Shown here piece by piece: positions 13,251 through 26,400 of a DNA stretch of 64,000 nucleotides. A model generated the notes under the pieces. The model was not told the origin of the DNA and did no database searches. It saw only the letters and a list, made by a program, of their open reading frames with translations. Made by a program: the position numbers and the translations under genes. The stretch is from contig NC_045697.1 in the NCBI RefSeq assembly GCF_009834535.1, forward strand, positions 22,446,001-22,510,000, given 5' to 3'. Positions within the stretch are counted from its first letter, which is position 1; the number at the start of each line of letters is the position of its first letter. The stretch is from Camelus ferus. Lineage: Eukaryota.

Positions 13251-13662
13251 TGTATTAGTTTCCTGGGGCTGCTGTAACAAAGTGGGTGACATAAACAACA
13301 GAAATTTACTTTCTCACAGTTCTGAAAACTAGAAGTCTGAATCAAGGTGTCAGCAGGGTTGGCTCCTTCTGAGGGCTGTGAGGGGGCATTTGTTCCAAAT
13401 CCCACTCCTAGCTTTTGCTGGCCTCAGACATTCCCTGGCTTGTAGATGGCATTCTCTCTGTGTCTTCCCATCATCTTCCCTCACGTGTCTGTCTCTTTGC
13501 CTGAATTTCCCGTTTGTAAGGAAGTTATCCTGTGTTAGAACTCAGCCTAATGATCTCGCTTTAACTTGACTCCCTTTGTAAATAAGGTCACATTCTGAGG
13601 TCCTGAGGGTTAGAACATCAACATGCCTTTTCTGGGAGGGAGACACAGTTAAATCCATAACA
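13251..13662 (-). mobile_element. MLT1B/C solo LTR
   Basis: tgtattagtttcctggggctgctgtaacaaa...aaataaggtcacattctgagg...ccataaca; TSD ccttg/tcttg. Confidence 0.9.
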
Positions 13663-14794
13663 TCTTGTATTACATATTTTTATTATAATCATTCCTAAAC
13701 AGGAGATAAATCTGTTTCAAGCAGGCATGTCATGCCTCACACTGTTCTATGTGTGGACCCCAGATGGTCAAAATCTGTATTCTGTGAGTACTGCAGAGAA
13801 ACAACAGCTGAGGGAAAAAAAAATGGCAAAGGTTAACAGTTTCTTCCAGAAATGCTGGAAAACCAAACTCATTGTTCAAGAATTGGCACACAAGTCTGCT
13901 CATTACCTCTGATTCAAGAAACAGTTTGTGGTCACAGCAGCTTTGCCAAAGTCCAGTAGACTGTGCTATAAATGTGAGAGAGAGTGAGGATGGCTGGCTT
14001 TTAATCAAGAGAATAAAAAGTTGTGTCAGTGGGTTTTTTTTAATGTAATGGCACCAAAACTGACTCTTCTATTGGAAGAATGCTTACAATTTGTTATTTT
14101 TTTTTAAAAAAAATGTTGCTTTAATGTAACATTTAATTTAACATTTACTTAATTTAATTGCCACAATGTCTCTACTAAAGAAATAACCGCTTAATGTTTT
14201 CATTGTGAAACTGAAATATGAAATGCTATACAGAAATAATCTGATTGGGGAAAGTTATGCTTTCTGGCAAGTCCAAAAAAATTCTACATTTGTCTTTTAG
14301 CAATATTATAGGACTGATTTCATGTTTTTTCTTTTGTTTTTGTTGTTATTACTTTTAAAATTGAAGGTAGATGATTTAGTTTGTTTCTGCAGTAAAACTG
14401 AACTGCTCCAAGTTTAGTGCCAGAAATCTTAAGTACTCAGCTCTAAATTAACTGTGTCCAAATCACTTAATTCTTTCAATCCTCAATAAAACAGCAAAAA
14501 TAACATTATTGAGAGTGGAAAAGGCTAAGTTGACCACTTGGGTATTTATATTAAATAATTTGTTTCATTACAAAATTGATTTCCAACAATGATATCTTAA
14601 AATGTTTTGAAGTAAATGCATTGGTATGTATTTGATTTTATGATGAAAGATTATCCTTAAATTTGGGTTCTTTTAAAGAAATATTTCAGATATACCTATA
14701 CTTGCAACCAAATTTGATAAATTGTATGATATGTCCTTTGGATTCTATACAAAGACATGGTAAGATAAGTGTGCAAGCAGTTTATTGGTAGCAG

Positions 14795-15925
14795 CAATTG
14801 TTTGTTTTTATAGATGCACTTTGTCAGGTTGAAGAAATTCCCTTCTATACTAGATTGTTGAGTGTTTTTAATCATGAAAGACTGCTGGATACTGTCAAAT
14901 GCTTTTTTATGTATCTATTTAGATATGGTTTTGTCCTTTACATTTTAAATATGGTATATTATAGTGATAGATTTTTGGATATTAAACTAACCTTGTATTC
15001 CTGACAAAAAGTGGAAGGTTTCTTATTGGCTTGAGATCTTTCTTATTTTTGAATATAGACTTTTACAGCTTTAAATTGCCCTATGAACACTACTTTTGCA
15101 TCCATAGGTCTTGGTATATTGTTTTTTATTTATTTTTTAATTTCCCTCACGATTTCTTCTTTGATCTGTTGGTTATTTGGAAATATTTTGTTTAATTTCC
15201 ATATATTTGTGAATTCCATAAATTTTCATTTGTTTTTGATACCCACTTTAGATTCACTGTCGTCAGAGAACATTTTTTTTGTATAATTTTAATTATTTTA
15301 GATCTATTGAGGCTTTTTTATGGTTCCATCCATGTTTTATTTTTGAGAATGTTTCCTGTGTTCCTGAGAAGATACACCTGCTGTTATTGGATACTGTGTC
15401 TTATAAATGTCCATTAGTTTTCCTTTGTATACACTGTTCAAGTTTTCTATATTCTTGTTTATCTTTTGCCTATTCTATGTGTTATTGAAAGTGGGGTATT
15501 ATAGTTTTCAACTGCAACTGTTAATCTTCAGTTACAATTGTAAAATTGCCTATTTCTACCTCAATTCTCTCTGGTTTTGCTTATGTATCTCAGGACTTTT
15601 TTGTTTGGTGTATATATCTATAATTGGTATATATCTTCCTGAAGGACTGTTCCTCTTATCATTATGAAGTGTACATTTTTGTCTCTAGTAATTAATTTTG
15701 CCTTAAAATCTGTTTTGTCTGATACTAGCATAGTTACTTCTGTTCTCTTAGGTAGCTGCTGGTATATTCTCTTCTGTTATTTTAATTTTTAACAATTTGT
15801 GTCTTTGAGTCTGAAGTGTGTCTCTTATAGACAGGATAGAGTTGTATAATTTTTTTATACATTCTGACAAATTGTGCTTTTTGAATGAAGTGTTTAACCC
15901 ATTTTCATTTAATATAATTTATTAA
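14795..15925 (-). mobile_element. Old L1 ORF2 fragment with an internal deletion near 15010
   Basis: caggttgaagaaattcccttcta...gtcaaatgctttt; ttaatttccatatatttgtga; aagtgtgtctcttatagacag. Confidence 0.85.
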
Positions 15926-16659
15926 ATTATAATAATACTGGCTAATGCTGGCAGCTATTTTGATACATAGTCTCCTTCCTCCCTTATCAGGCCCATTATG
16001 TTCTCAGCTTGGTTATTGATTTGGACCTACAGATGGTGAATGTGTCTGGCTTAAGAGATGAAGCAGATCCTGAAGTGCTCCAGTTTTAGATGTTAGCAAC
16101 TTGCGCTTCTTGTAGATGAATATCAGTTTCTTTTTTGATGCACTTTCTGATTATCTGAGTCATTCACCTTCATGGCTGCATATATATCATGTAAGCTTTT
16201 CTTTTCCCTTCTATTCTCTTTTTCTGTACTAATTTATTTCCGTTGCCCACGGTGTCATGGTAAAATCAATGCCTAGGACTATGAACTCTTGTGCCTTCTT
16301 ACCAAATACCTGACTAATGACTTGGATGCATTTTAGAACCACTAATGCTTAAGTTGAGTATAAAACTCAGTCATTCATGTTTCATGATCAACTGGAGAGA
16401 AGACTATTATCTTGCATTGCTATTATCCTATATAGCAGATGCTTTATAAAATTCCTTAGTGAACTTGAAATTTTTATATTTCTGTGCAGTTTAGATGTGA
16501 ATTCCAATAACTGATTTGTAGTAACATTAATATAGGTGTGCTTAATATATATGTACTGTCCCTATGTTAGTTGAAAAAACTTTTTATCCTCAGGCTTTGA
16601 CAGTCCACACCAAGAGCCAAGTGTTGACAATGCCCTCACTTTCTGTGTTTTAACAATCT

Positions 16660-17000
16660 GTGTCAGGCAACTCCACTTCAAAGAAGCTCTCTTTACATCC
16701 ATACTGGCCTCCTTCCCACCAAGATGCCCCTTCCACTTAACTCAAGCTTTGTCACTCTTCCATGGGCACCCCTAGCCTACATAAAAGCTTACTCACCCCC
16801 TCAAGCTCTGGTATCTTGTGCTCAATTGCCCTGTTGTTCATCTCTGACATTTAACCAGGCATCCTTCCTAAATGGTTGCATTCCTCACACTGCCTGGGCT
16901 CCAGCACCTGGCACTGGTCCATCCTTGCTCTTCTTTCCCCATCAATCCCAGTGCAGATACCTAACGTGCTTGGCACAATTTAATAATAAATTAAATGTTA
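16660..17000 (+). mobile_element. L2 3' fragment
   Basis: Pyrimidine-rich body ending tcccagtgc...acgtgcttggcaca...aataaat. Confidence 0.4.
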
Positions 17001-17411
17001 ATCCTTAGAAAATCATCACTTGTGCATGTGCTGTTTCTCTCTCTCCACTGAATGTTATTGAAAAAGGAAAAATAACTGATTTTATAAGATGAATTAGTGA
17101 ATCAGGACCCACCAAATATCACTCACTTCTCAAGTAGAAGTGAAAATACCTAGATGAAAAGGGAAGAAGAAGCCTATGTGATATTAGGAATATTAAATAT
17201 CTTAACAATCTCAAATTGGTTTGGAAGGGATATATATCTTGCCTAACTATTATTGGGCATACAAGTCCCTTGAGAATGTTCTCAGAAAAGAGTTGTATAA
17301 TATCTTTTTGAACAGTTCTAGTGCTAGAATATTTACTACCATAGCATTTACTTATAGGATCTAATTTAAGGCTCTATAACTAAAAATAGAGATGTAAATT
17401 TTGTAACATAA

Positions 17412-18470
17412 TTATTCATTTATTCCTTCTTTGTGTCCTTCATTTTCCAACAAATATTTTTGAGGAACTATTAAGTGATAAGTATTCTTCTATAATAGTT
17501 TAAAAATGATTGATTTCATGGAGTTGACATTCTAGTGGGATAGGAAAAAGCAAGGTTAATAAGTAAAATATAAGGTATGATAGTTAACTATAATTTCTTT
17601 GGAGAAGAATAAAGCAAAGGAGGGTCATATAGAATGTCAGCAAGCACAGGTGGTAATCCAGGTCATAATATTTTCTTCTAATGGTGCAGCAGGCTGAGTG
17701 ATCATTCACATAGATATTAAGTTCTAATCAATGGAATTTGTAAATGTTATTCTATGTGGTAAAGACTTTGCAGATGAGATTAAGGATCCTGAGATGGGAA
17801 GATTATTCTGGATTATCTGGATGAGCCCTGAATGCATTTATAGATATTCTAACAAAAGCAAAGCAGCAGGAAATTAAACACACACAAAGCAGAAAGTAGT
17901 GTGAAGATGGGGGCAGAGAAAATTTTGAAGATGTTGGCTTTGAAGATTGGGCATTTGTGGCCACAAGCCAAGGAATGCTGGCAGCCACCAGAAGGTGGAA
18001 GAAGCAAGGAATGGATTCCCCATTAGAGCCTCCTGCAGGAGTGTGACCTTGCCAAAATCTTGATTTTGGTCAAATGAAACTTAAACTTTGGACTTTTTGG
18101 GCCTTCAGAATCATGAGGGAATACATTTTTATTATTTTAATCCACCTAGTTTGTGGTGATTTTTTATAGCAACCAAAGGAAAACTAATACTAACAGTATC
18201 TGAGGAAGGACCCCTTGAGGTGACATTTGTGTAAAGATATGATGGTTTGAGGGGTTAAGGGACAGAGAGGGCAGAAGTTGGAGTTAAGGGCAGATTTTGC
18301 AACATTTTTCCAAAGATTTTGAATTTTACTCTTTAATTTGGAATTACACTCATAGGGAAGTGACATTTGAGCTGAGTCTTGAAAAAACAGTTTATAATAT
18401 TACAGGAAGAGGGAATAATATATGTAAAGCCTTGAAAGCATGAAAAATTTAAGAATACTCCAGGATATGA
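17412..18470 (-). mobile_element. L2a 3' end split by an MLT1 insertion
   Basis: ttcatttattcc...caacaaatattt...tcatggagttgacattctagtggg; resumes gaggtgacatttg / gtgacatttgagctgagtcttgaa. Confidence 0.7.
17685..18191 (+). mobile_element. MLT1C-like solo LTR
   Basis: gactttgcagatgagattaagg...ggccacaagccaaggaatgctggcagccaccagaag...aaactaatac; flanks aatgg/aacag fit a CpG-decayed TSD. Confidence 0.9.
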
Positions 18471-18857
18471 AAAGATTTAATACCTTTCTGCATGCATCTA
18501 TCAATTAGAAAGAGTTAAGAGCAAAATATGTCCTTCGGTATATGATAATGTTAAGCCGTAAAACATGTATACAGCAATTCCTCTTTCAACTCGGAAGTCT
18601 ACTTCTTGCATGGAAGAAAAGTGATCTATAACCTGTATCCTGATGATTAAGTAGTGTTCTTAAAAAGGTAAGGGCTCCTCTTGGCAGGAAAAGTAGAAGT
18701 TATTTCATCTGATTAGGAATCATACTGGGGCTGACATCTTACCACATGTTCAAGTGCGTTATAATTCATTTCCATGGGGTACCAGAAAAAAAATTTAGCA
18801 GCAGTTAAGAAGTTCTAAATTTAAGGTTTATAATAGTTCAATGGAAATCTAGGCATG

Positions 18858-18927
18858 TATCTATCAATCTATCTATCTATCTACCTATCTATCTATCTAT
18901 CATCCACCTGCATCTATCATCTATCTA
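18858..18927. repeat. Imperfect (TATC)n microsatellite
   Basis: Direct reading. Confidence 0.9.
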
Positions 18928-19050
18928 GTGGTTACTCTGTCTCAACCTCAGTGAATAAATAGAAGTTGAAGTTCATTGTTATTCATTTACTTTTTCTGGT
19001 ATATACACAAATATTCCTATTTTGAGTTCCTTATGAATGATACACACATG

Positions 19051-19190
19051 AATAATAATACAAATATTTACAAGAACTTAATATATGCTAGGCATACTTC
19101 TGAGAACTTCTGAGAACATCATATATACGATTTCATTTAATCTTTACATCAATAAACACTATCTCTATTTCACAGATGAGGAAACTGTCT
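19051..19190 (-). mobile_element. MIR SINE
   Basis: tatgctaggca...tttcatttaatcttt...tttcacagatgaggaaactg. Confidence 0.8.
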
Positions 19191-19529
19191 ATACTTTATT
19201 TTCAAAATGGAAGCAGAATATTTAACGTATGTAATGTGACATTATTTGAAGTCTCTAAACTGTTAGCTTGTAATAAGATAAGGTAAAAGATCACAGGGCT
19301 AAAATAAACCCAGGAGTCAGTTCTTATGAAGCAATATTGGAATGTCAAACATGTTCAAAAGCACCAGTACAAGCCAAGGAGATGGAATCATATTGCATAT
19401 TAGCACAGCATAGTCCAAGAACCAAATGGAGTAATTGTTCAATTCAGAGCTATAAGCACAAGGTCAGATCATACAGGCAGAGGCAAATAAACTACCAAGA
19501 CATTAAGTCTCAGTGATTATCTATAGGTA

Positions 19530-20400
19530 ATACAATTGAGTTCCATCCAACTACAACTTGGTGCATGGTCTCCTTTCAATTGGCGGCAAAGACATCTGAG
19601 ACCCCGGATATTTTCTTGGCATGGGCACTGTGGGTAAGAAAGGTCAATACATAGATGGAATAAAGGTGAATTCCAGTAAAGACAAATCTCTGTCTCCTTC
19701 AGAGTGTAGAGTGTTTGATATAATCCACCCATCACTAAATGGCTGGCTACTTTTCTTAAGAAAAAATGATAATTAGAGGTCTTTTATACTGGAAAGTGTA
19801 GCTTGCTGAAAAAAAGAGCCCTTGATGTTGGGTTTATTGTATAAACATCAATGCATAAACTCTTCATGTACCAGCAACAGGATGACTACCTCAGGTCACC
19901 TCTCCCCCTATACAAATTAGACAATAGGCATACAGCTGAAGCACTGACCACTGCGTCTTCATCACCAAAGCACTTTAAGGCTATACTTAAATAAAGCCGT
20001 GATGTATCAGTTACCCATTTTTGATTAGCACCAACCTTCAGCCAAATGCAACTTGTGAACTGGGCTCAAGTTCTCTCCTCTGCCATTTGGCCTGAAGGAA
20101 CACTTCCCTCCACTAGCTGTAGATGTGAATTGCAGCAGAGTCATCAGTGTAATAGAAATGGTTGACAAGTTATCTGTCTTACTGTTTATGTAAAGTAGTT
20201 TTTTCCTTCCAGACCTGTTCCAACTTAATCCCAAATATACAATTTTATTGTAGTACTTTGGCTCTCCACTGTGCCCACTTAACCGTATGGTTTTGTGAAT
20301 TTAATAATTCCCAGCTCATGACGGCCTCTGTCAGTCTCATCATCACTTGGTGTCCCAAGATCAGCCTCTTTTACAGCTCTGAGACCTTAAAGTAAGATCC
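19530..20400 (-). mobile_element. Highly decayed ERVL internal (pol/integrase) fragment
   Basis: Minus strand agccagccatttagtgatgggtggattatatcaaacactct...atttgtctttactggaat corresponds to the ERVL integrase QPATWWQVDYIGPLP..FVLTGI region. Confidence 0.6.
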
Positions 20401-20924
20401 TGGTCTGGTTTTCTCAATAGTAAGCAGTTGCAAGTGATGACAGTCTTTTCAAAATTTGCAAAATCTGCTAACGTGGTATTTCATAATTTCCTAAGTTAGA
20501 AGTGAGGTGCCCTTAGCTTATAAGTTTCCTCTTACAAGGCTTCCGTTGCAGTTAACATAAGCCAGTTCACTTCAAACTCCTTAAAATGATTCCTGCCCCA
20601 TGCCTTTCAAGTGACACAGCTGCCATATATCCTGATGACTAACTTTTAAAGCTTAATTTCATTCCAATTAATAATTGTGATGCTACCATATGACAAATGT
20701 TATCACTGCCCCACTGATAATGATGTCACCTGAACAGGGAGAAATCCATCCCAATGTTCCATTCTGAGGGCCTGTTTTTGAATTTCATTCCCCAGAAAGT
20801 AGAGGCAGGGACCTGTATGCTACTTCTTTATAAGGGAGTATAGTTTCATTGAGCAAAAGTAAAGAAAAAGTGGACTGAAGCCCACGGTCTTATCACAACT
20901 CTATCCTCTCTCACTGACCTTTTC

Positions 20925-21080
20925 AAGTGATCTTATAATTCATTGTTTTATGCCTTCCTCTAGACAGTATTGCAAGCCCCTTGGAGGCAGGAACCTTGTC
21001 TTGTTCATGGTTATAGCCCAAGCACCAAGCACAATTCCTGGGTTGTAATGTTCAATAAATAGTTGTTGAGTGAATAAATA
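20925..21080 (+). mobile_element. L2 3' terminus
   Basis: ggaggcaggaaccttgtcttgttca...gttcaataaatagttgttgagtgaataaat. Confidence 0.8.
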
Positions 21081-21165
21081 GTGGGGCTCTGTTCAAGGTT
21101 TTGAATGAGTAGTATTATAAAGTAGAATGTTGACATAGGAAAAATGTGGGGCCAGAGGATAGCCA

Positions 21166-21747
21166 TGTCCCAGGTCTCAACTAAGTCCCTGGGACACGAT
21201 CCACCAAGTGTGAGTCCTTGGTTTTGTGCAGGAAAGGATTTCAAGAGCGAGCCACAGTTGAGTAAAGGTAGGTTTATTTAGAGAGATACATACTCTAGAG
21301 ACAGAGTGCAGGTTGTTTCAGAAGGCAAGATAAAGGCCATGAGGTGTGGGGTTAGGTACTCAATTTAAAGTAACAGTAGTTACACACACTATAGACAGAG
21401 TGCTGTCCGTCTCACTCGGAAGAGAAAGCGGCCACTAGGTGTGTGGGTGGTTAGTTTTTATGGGCTTGGTAACTTCATATGCTAATAAGTGGGAGGATTA
21501 TTCCATCTACCTTGGGGGAAGGGGCTGGGATTCCCAGGAACTGGGCCATCACTCACTCTTTGGCCTTTTGTGATCAGCCTTAAAACGGCCCTGGCACCTG
21601 TGGGAAGACCATTTAGCAGCTATTGTATTTCGGTGAGTGTATACTGAAGCTCAAGGTCTACTGGGAGTTGAATCTTCCACCATTTTGGTGCTAATTGCTG
21701 TGTCATTCTTGTAATGGTTGTGCCCTGCCCTCTTCCTTCCTGTCTCT
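21166..21747 (-). mobile_element. ERV1-class solo LTR (MER4/MER41-group-like)
   Basis: caggaaaggatttcaagagcgagcc, minus-strand AATAAA (tttatt ~21273), internal ~90-bp repeats (agacagagtgc...aggtgtg), end cctgtctc. Confidence 0.8.
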
Positions 21748-22441
21748 CCATGAGCCTCCCTTGTGTGGGCAGAGAACCATGGTGAGGACACAGCAGGGTA
21801 AAGATTCAGCCACAGAAACTAGAGCTGGGATGGAGCCAAATTCCTGTAACAAAGGAGTCTGGCAAAAATCGAACCCTGGTGTTTATTTAATGCAAAATAG
21901 TGAGAGTCAGAAAATGCTCCTTATGTCTTGTCTTCTCTCATCTCTTATTAAAACAGAGGTGGGTGGGCTGTGGGCAGCAACTGGAATGCTTGGGGGTTCC
22001 TTGGGAGGGATAAAAAAATCAAGGGAAAGAACTCATAAATTACTCTGGAAGATGAGTTCCTAGAGCTGGTGGAGGCTTTTGATGCTAATAAAAAATGTGT
22101 CAAGAAAGCTTATGAGAGGTAGAGCTGTGTGTTGTCCTGCTGAGAACCAAACCACTCTGTTTAACTCGCTTTGCCAGGGGAATGAATGCAGTTCGTAGTG
22201 AGCTCACTGGAGAAATAAATCACTTTTAGCCTTTTCTCAAACTTTGTGTGGCTAAGGATTGTTGCCACCAACCTCTCTGTGAAGCACACAAGCCAACAGG
22301 ACCTCCCAGCTAGAACTGTGCCGTCGTTCTTGCAGGCTAGTGCAGCAGAAGTGTCAGAGCAGGCAGGTAGCTAGATCTGAGCTAGATCTGACAAATCTCC
22401 AGTGTCCAAATGTAACTTTTTGCTCATTATGCCCTCATTTG

Positions 22442-22537
22442 ATTGACAAGTGCCACATTTCCCTGTGCTCAATAGTTTCTTTATAAAATTGTCTAATCTT
22501 ATTAACAGCATCGCAGATTCCTTTCACCAAATAAAAC
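22442..22537 (+). repeat. 96-bp dispersed duplication, copy 2
   Basis: 91/96 identical to 11949-12044. Confidence 0.95.
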
Positions 22538-22911
22538 AGATTAGAAGTACCCATCACACACTGATGCCATGGCACTTCTGATCCAGACTAAATAAGGACA
22601 AACCTCCCTCCCCACCTTTGGGAAGGTGAAGTTGGAATGAAAATCAGGAAATAGGACCCCAAACCCTTTCCTCCCCATAAATCCCTTCCCTCCTCAATGA
22701 ATATTCTGCCCATCCATCTCTACGCTGTGTGTAACCAACTTGCCTAAGAAACTCAGGGCAGCTGCTCACCTGAGCCTGCCTGCTCTCCCCTCAAGAGAGT
22801 ACTATCTACCCTTTAATAAATCCCCGCTTTACTGTCTCAGCCTTCGTATCTTGTCTCTGAATTCTTTCTTGGACAGGGCGAGAACCTGGACACTGGTCGC
22901 ATCTACCGGCA
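22538..22911 (+). mobile_element. ERV1-class LTR, apparently 5'-truncated
   Basis: gagagtact...aataaa (22815-22820)...tctctgaattctttctt...agaacctgg...ggca, a typical R/U5 end; no TG start seen. Confidence 0.75.
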
Positions 22912-23309
22912 GCTAAAGAACATGAGCTTAACTGCCGTGTTTAAATGGAAGAGTGCCTCTCTTCCGTGACCGCATCTTATGGTTCACACGACAACTCCCT
23001 GATGATGCAGGTTTTAAAATATGCTTGTCCGTGTTTACTAAAGAGACATTTACCTTGAAAGTCTGAATAGAAAGAGTTGTGTTTATTGACCAGGCTTTGA
23101 GATGTGATATTGCAGGTGAAGTGGCCCACTTTTTCTGGCTTGCTATAAATGGACTGGGACAGACAAACAGAATGCTGAGTTCTCTCCTTGTGAAAAGTTC
23201 CAGGACTCACCCCTTTCCTCTCCCATCCAACCCGTACTCCCACAAACTGGATTAGTCAGCATTTCCTGTCCTCTTGTTCTTCCTTCTGCTTTGACTTCCG
23301 ATGCTATCA

Positions 23310-23452
23310 GACTGTATTCTTCCTCTGTAGATCCTAAATTCTTTCAGCCTTGGACCTCTGTCTTATTCATCATTGCATTCTCCATGTCTGGTGTGTTCAC
23401 TATGGATACACAGGTGCTCAGGAAATACTTATTGAGAAAATAATGGAATGAG
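23310..23452 (+). mobile_element. L2 3' terminus
   Basis: ggacctctgtcttattcatcattgcattctcc...aggtgctcaggaaatacttattga. Confidence 0.7.
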
Positions 23453-26400
23453 CCTCGTGTGTATTGAGCCCTGATGACTTTTGCAAATGCACTCAATATT
23501 AATTTTCCCCCTCACCTGCAGAGGTTGTTTTTGTGCAGGTCTCCTCTAAGAACCTTCTAACTGGTTACCTGATACAGACCTTTATTTCTCTGGTTTCATG
23601 GCTTTGATCCTTGCGATCTCTATTTAAATGTGTATTCCATTCTGAGATATAATACTTTAAGCTCCTGCTTTTCAAAAATTTTAACAGCAGAGTCCTGCTG
23701 CTCTGGCTGAAGTGAATGCTACTTGCTCAAAGGACTTAAGCTTACAAAGTCCAGCTGACTCACTGCTTTTTAACAAATTGCCTGTCCTGTTAATATATAC
23801 ACCAATGACCAGGAATGATACTTAAAAAGAAGTCTCACAAAAGGATGGGTGAATGGATTCCAGGCTGAGGAGAAGGGCAGGATGGAAGCAGAATTTCAAG
23901 CTGAGGTCTGTGCTGTTCCTGCTTCTCTTCCCACAGCTCTGCACTACCAGGAGAAAAGCCTTCTCAAAGATGAGCAGCCTGGGGTTTCAGAGGAACTCAA
24001 TAAACTTGTCATATTCCTTTCGAAGCTTCAAAAACAATGACCAATTTATAATCATTAAGTTTTCTAAAAGTTAATCGGTAACTTAGGTGCTTAGAATTCA
24101 ATATACATTTTGTCTGGAGGAATAGTTTATCTGTCTTGGCTAAGTTCTTATACCTCTTTATCCTCCTAAATGCCAGAAGTACAGCGCTGCTCACACAGCA
24201 CCACAGAACCTCAGCGCGTGGGAAACAGTGGTTGCGCTGTCAATGAACCTAGGTCTCTTCCACGCCTCCCACCTTCCCACTCACTCACCGTCAGGGAGAG
24301 AATGATTCTTGGTGGCAGTGCTCTGATATGCACAGGGCAGAGGGTAGAGGACGGCGGGTCTAAGAAAATGAAAGACTTGAATGGGAATGCTGACCAGTGA
24401 GGAGTGAACCCTTGAAAATCAGGAGCTTTGAACTTGCAAAGAAGGAACAGGGAGGAACAGGATCTCTTTCTCCAAATCTTTCCAATTTGGCCAGGTCAGG
24501 TGATAGTTTTTATTATTTCCTTTTTACTGAAGACCTTGAGAAATGAATAATTTCACTTTTTTTGCTCGTGTTTTGAATAGTCACTCATTGTCAGACAAGA
24601 TTGCCTCAAAATGGAGATAATCTCTCTCTGTCTCTCTCTCCTTCTCGCCTTCTCTTTTTCCCTGTCTCCACTTTCTTCTCCCTCTCTTTTCTTTTACATT
24701 TTAGGTTACCCTAGGTACCTTTTTTTTCATAAGATGTGGAGCGGGATTTGTAATTCTGGAGTAAAAAGATAAGGCTTAATAAACATTTGTCAATACCTAT
24801 GAAGATAAATATTCAATGTGAATTGAATGTACTGAGGAGCCAGAACCATGTTCTTTGGCGGCACCAGGTCTCAGGTGCAGCTGAAGGACAGCAGTGGAAA
24901 ATTAATGGGGATGCAGCTTATCTCATTTTCTTGCTTTTTATAGCCTCCAACATCTAGTCCATGCCCATGATTGTGAATGTTCCCTATAAATCCAGAGAAG
25001 AGGTAAGACTGGAAGTTCCGGAAGAGGGTGTACATTGGAAGAGAGGAAACATATCACACCAGGCATTGTCTTGTGGAAAGAGTAGGAAAAAATAATAAAA
25101 AGGAGGCTATTGGGAGACAAAAGCAGATTTTCCAGAGGCCGCTGGTCATTCTTGGTTGATTATTTGTGTATAATGGACAGTTAAGCCACCTAAGTCAAGG
25201 ACTGCCTGACTACATCCTAAAGGCAGCAATGGCCTACTTCATTAAATGCAACACAATGTGCTTGGACTACTGTGTCAGAATAGAAAAGTAACTGCTAGTC
25301 TTATTATCTTAAGCTGCATATGCCATGACCTGAAAGTCAGTGTGTAACAAGAAATGTTTCCTTAAAGAGGTGAGCATAATTTCCTGGAAAATTAACATAA
25401 CTAAAATGGATAAATTAGCAGCCAAAAAGGGGGGGGTTCTTCATTTTTTAAACAATACATATGATAAAAAGGACAAAATAATTTATATTCATTTTCATGA
25501 ACTGGATTTATCTGTATTAAGATAAGCTTCTTATTTTATTCTGAATCTTTCTCCTAAGCAAAAATTGTCCAGGGATAATGAATGTATAAAAACTTGAGAG
25601 GTCAATCTATCTAAAAATAATACAGAATTATCTATAATTTTCTCAATTAAAGGGACATTTATTTGTATATAAATATCTTTCTTGTTGAAAGTCATGTACC
25701 ATACTTTAAAAAAAGTAGAAAAATCAGGACAGAGTTTATGTTCACAGCCAGTTTAAATGATAAATGTTCCTGCAAGCTTGAAGCATTCAGTTATAAGCCC
25801 AAATCATTTTTCTAATTAATTATTTGGCATTTTTGTAAAATGCATTTTTCTCTAGAATATGGTAGTTTGTATAGGAAAATTTTTTTCCACAAATATTTTA
25901 GCTGCATTTTCCATGACTCTTACGCAATGAAGTCAAGTTGTTTGATACATTATTAAAATAAACTCATTAGACTTAACTTTCTGGTAGAATTGGTAGGTCA
26001 GCTGCTAGCCACGGGTTGCTAAATATAAGAAGTGGTATTGTTAGGACTCATATAATAAGAGGCTTGCCAATTTATAAATAAAAAAATTTCCCCTCCTTCA
26101 ACAAGGTTAAAATAAAAGATGTAGGAGCAAACATGACATAGTTTACTGTTAAAGAATTCAGGCAGTGTCTTGACAATAACTCTAATTAAAGTTGCCACTG
26201 CTTTGACCTGATTAGACAGAGAACAATACTACTTCTACTCTTTGTCTACCTTAGGATGGTAAGCAGTGGATGATATATAATATCTTTTGACAGCCACGTT
26301 AATTATAACCTAGCTGAATATATTTCTTTAGAGTAGATTTTTTTTAAACAGAAGAAGAGGAAATTGTAGTGAAAGCTGTCGGAATATTTCTGAATATTGC

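Noticed and set aside
21695..22063. 122-aa ORF
   Set aside because: Non-ATG start inside an LTR end; no homology recognised.
24217..24280. Paired RBPJ (SPS) site CGTGGGAA...TTCCCAC
   Set aside because: Spacing is about 49 bp, far from the 15-17 bp needed for cooperative Notch dimers.
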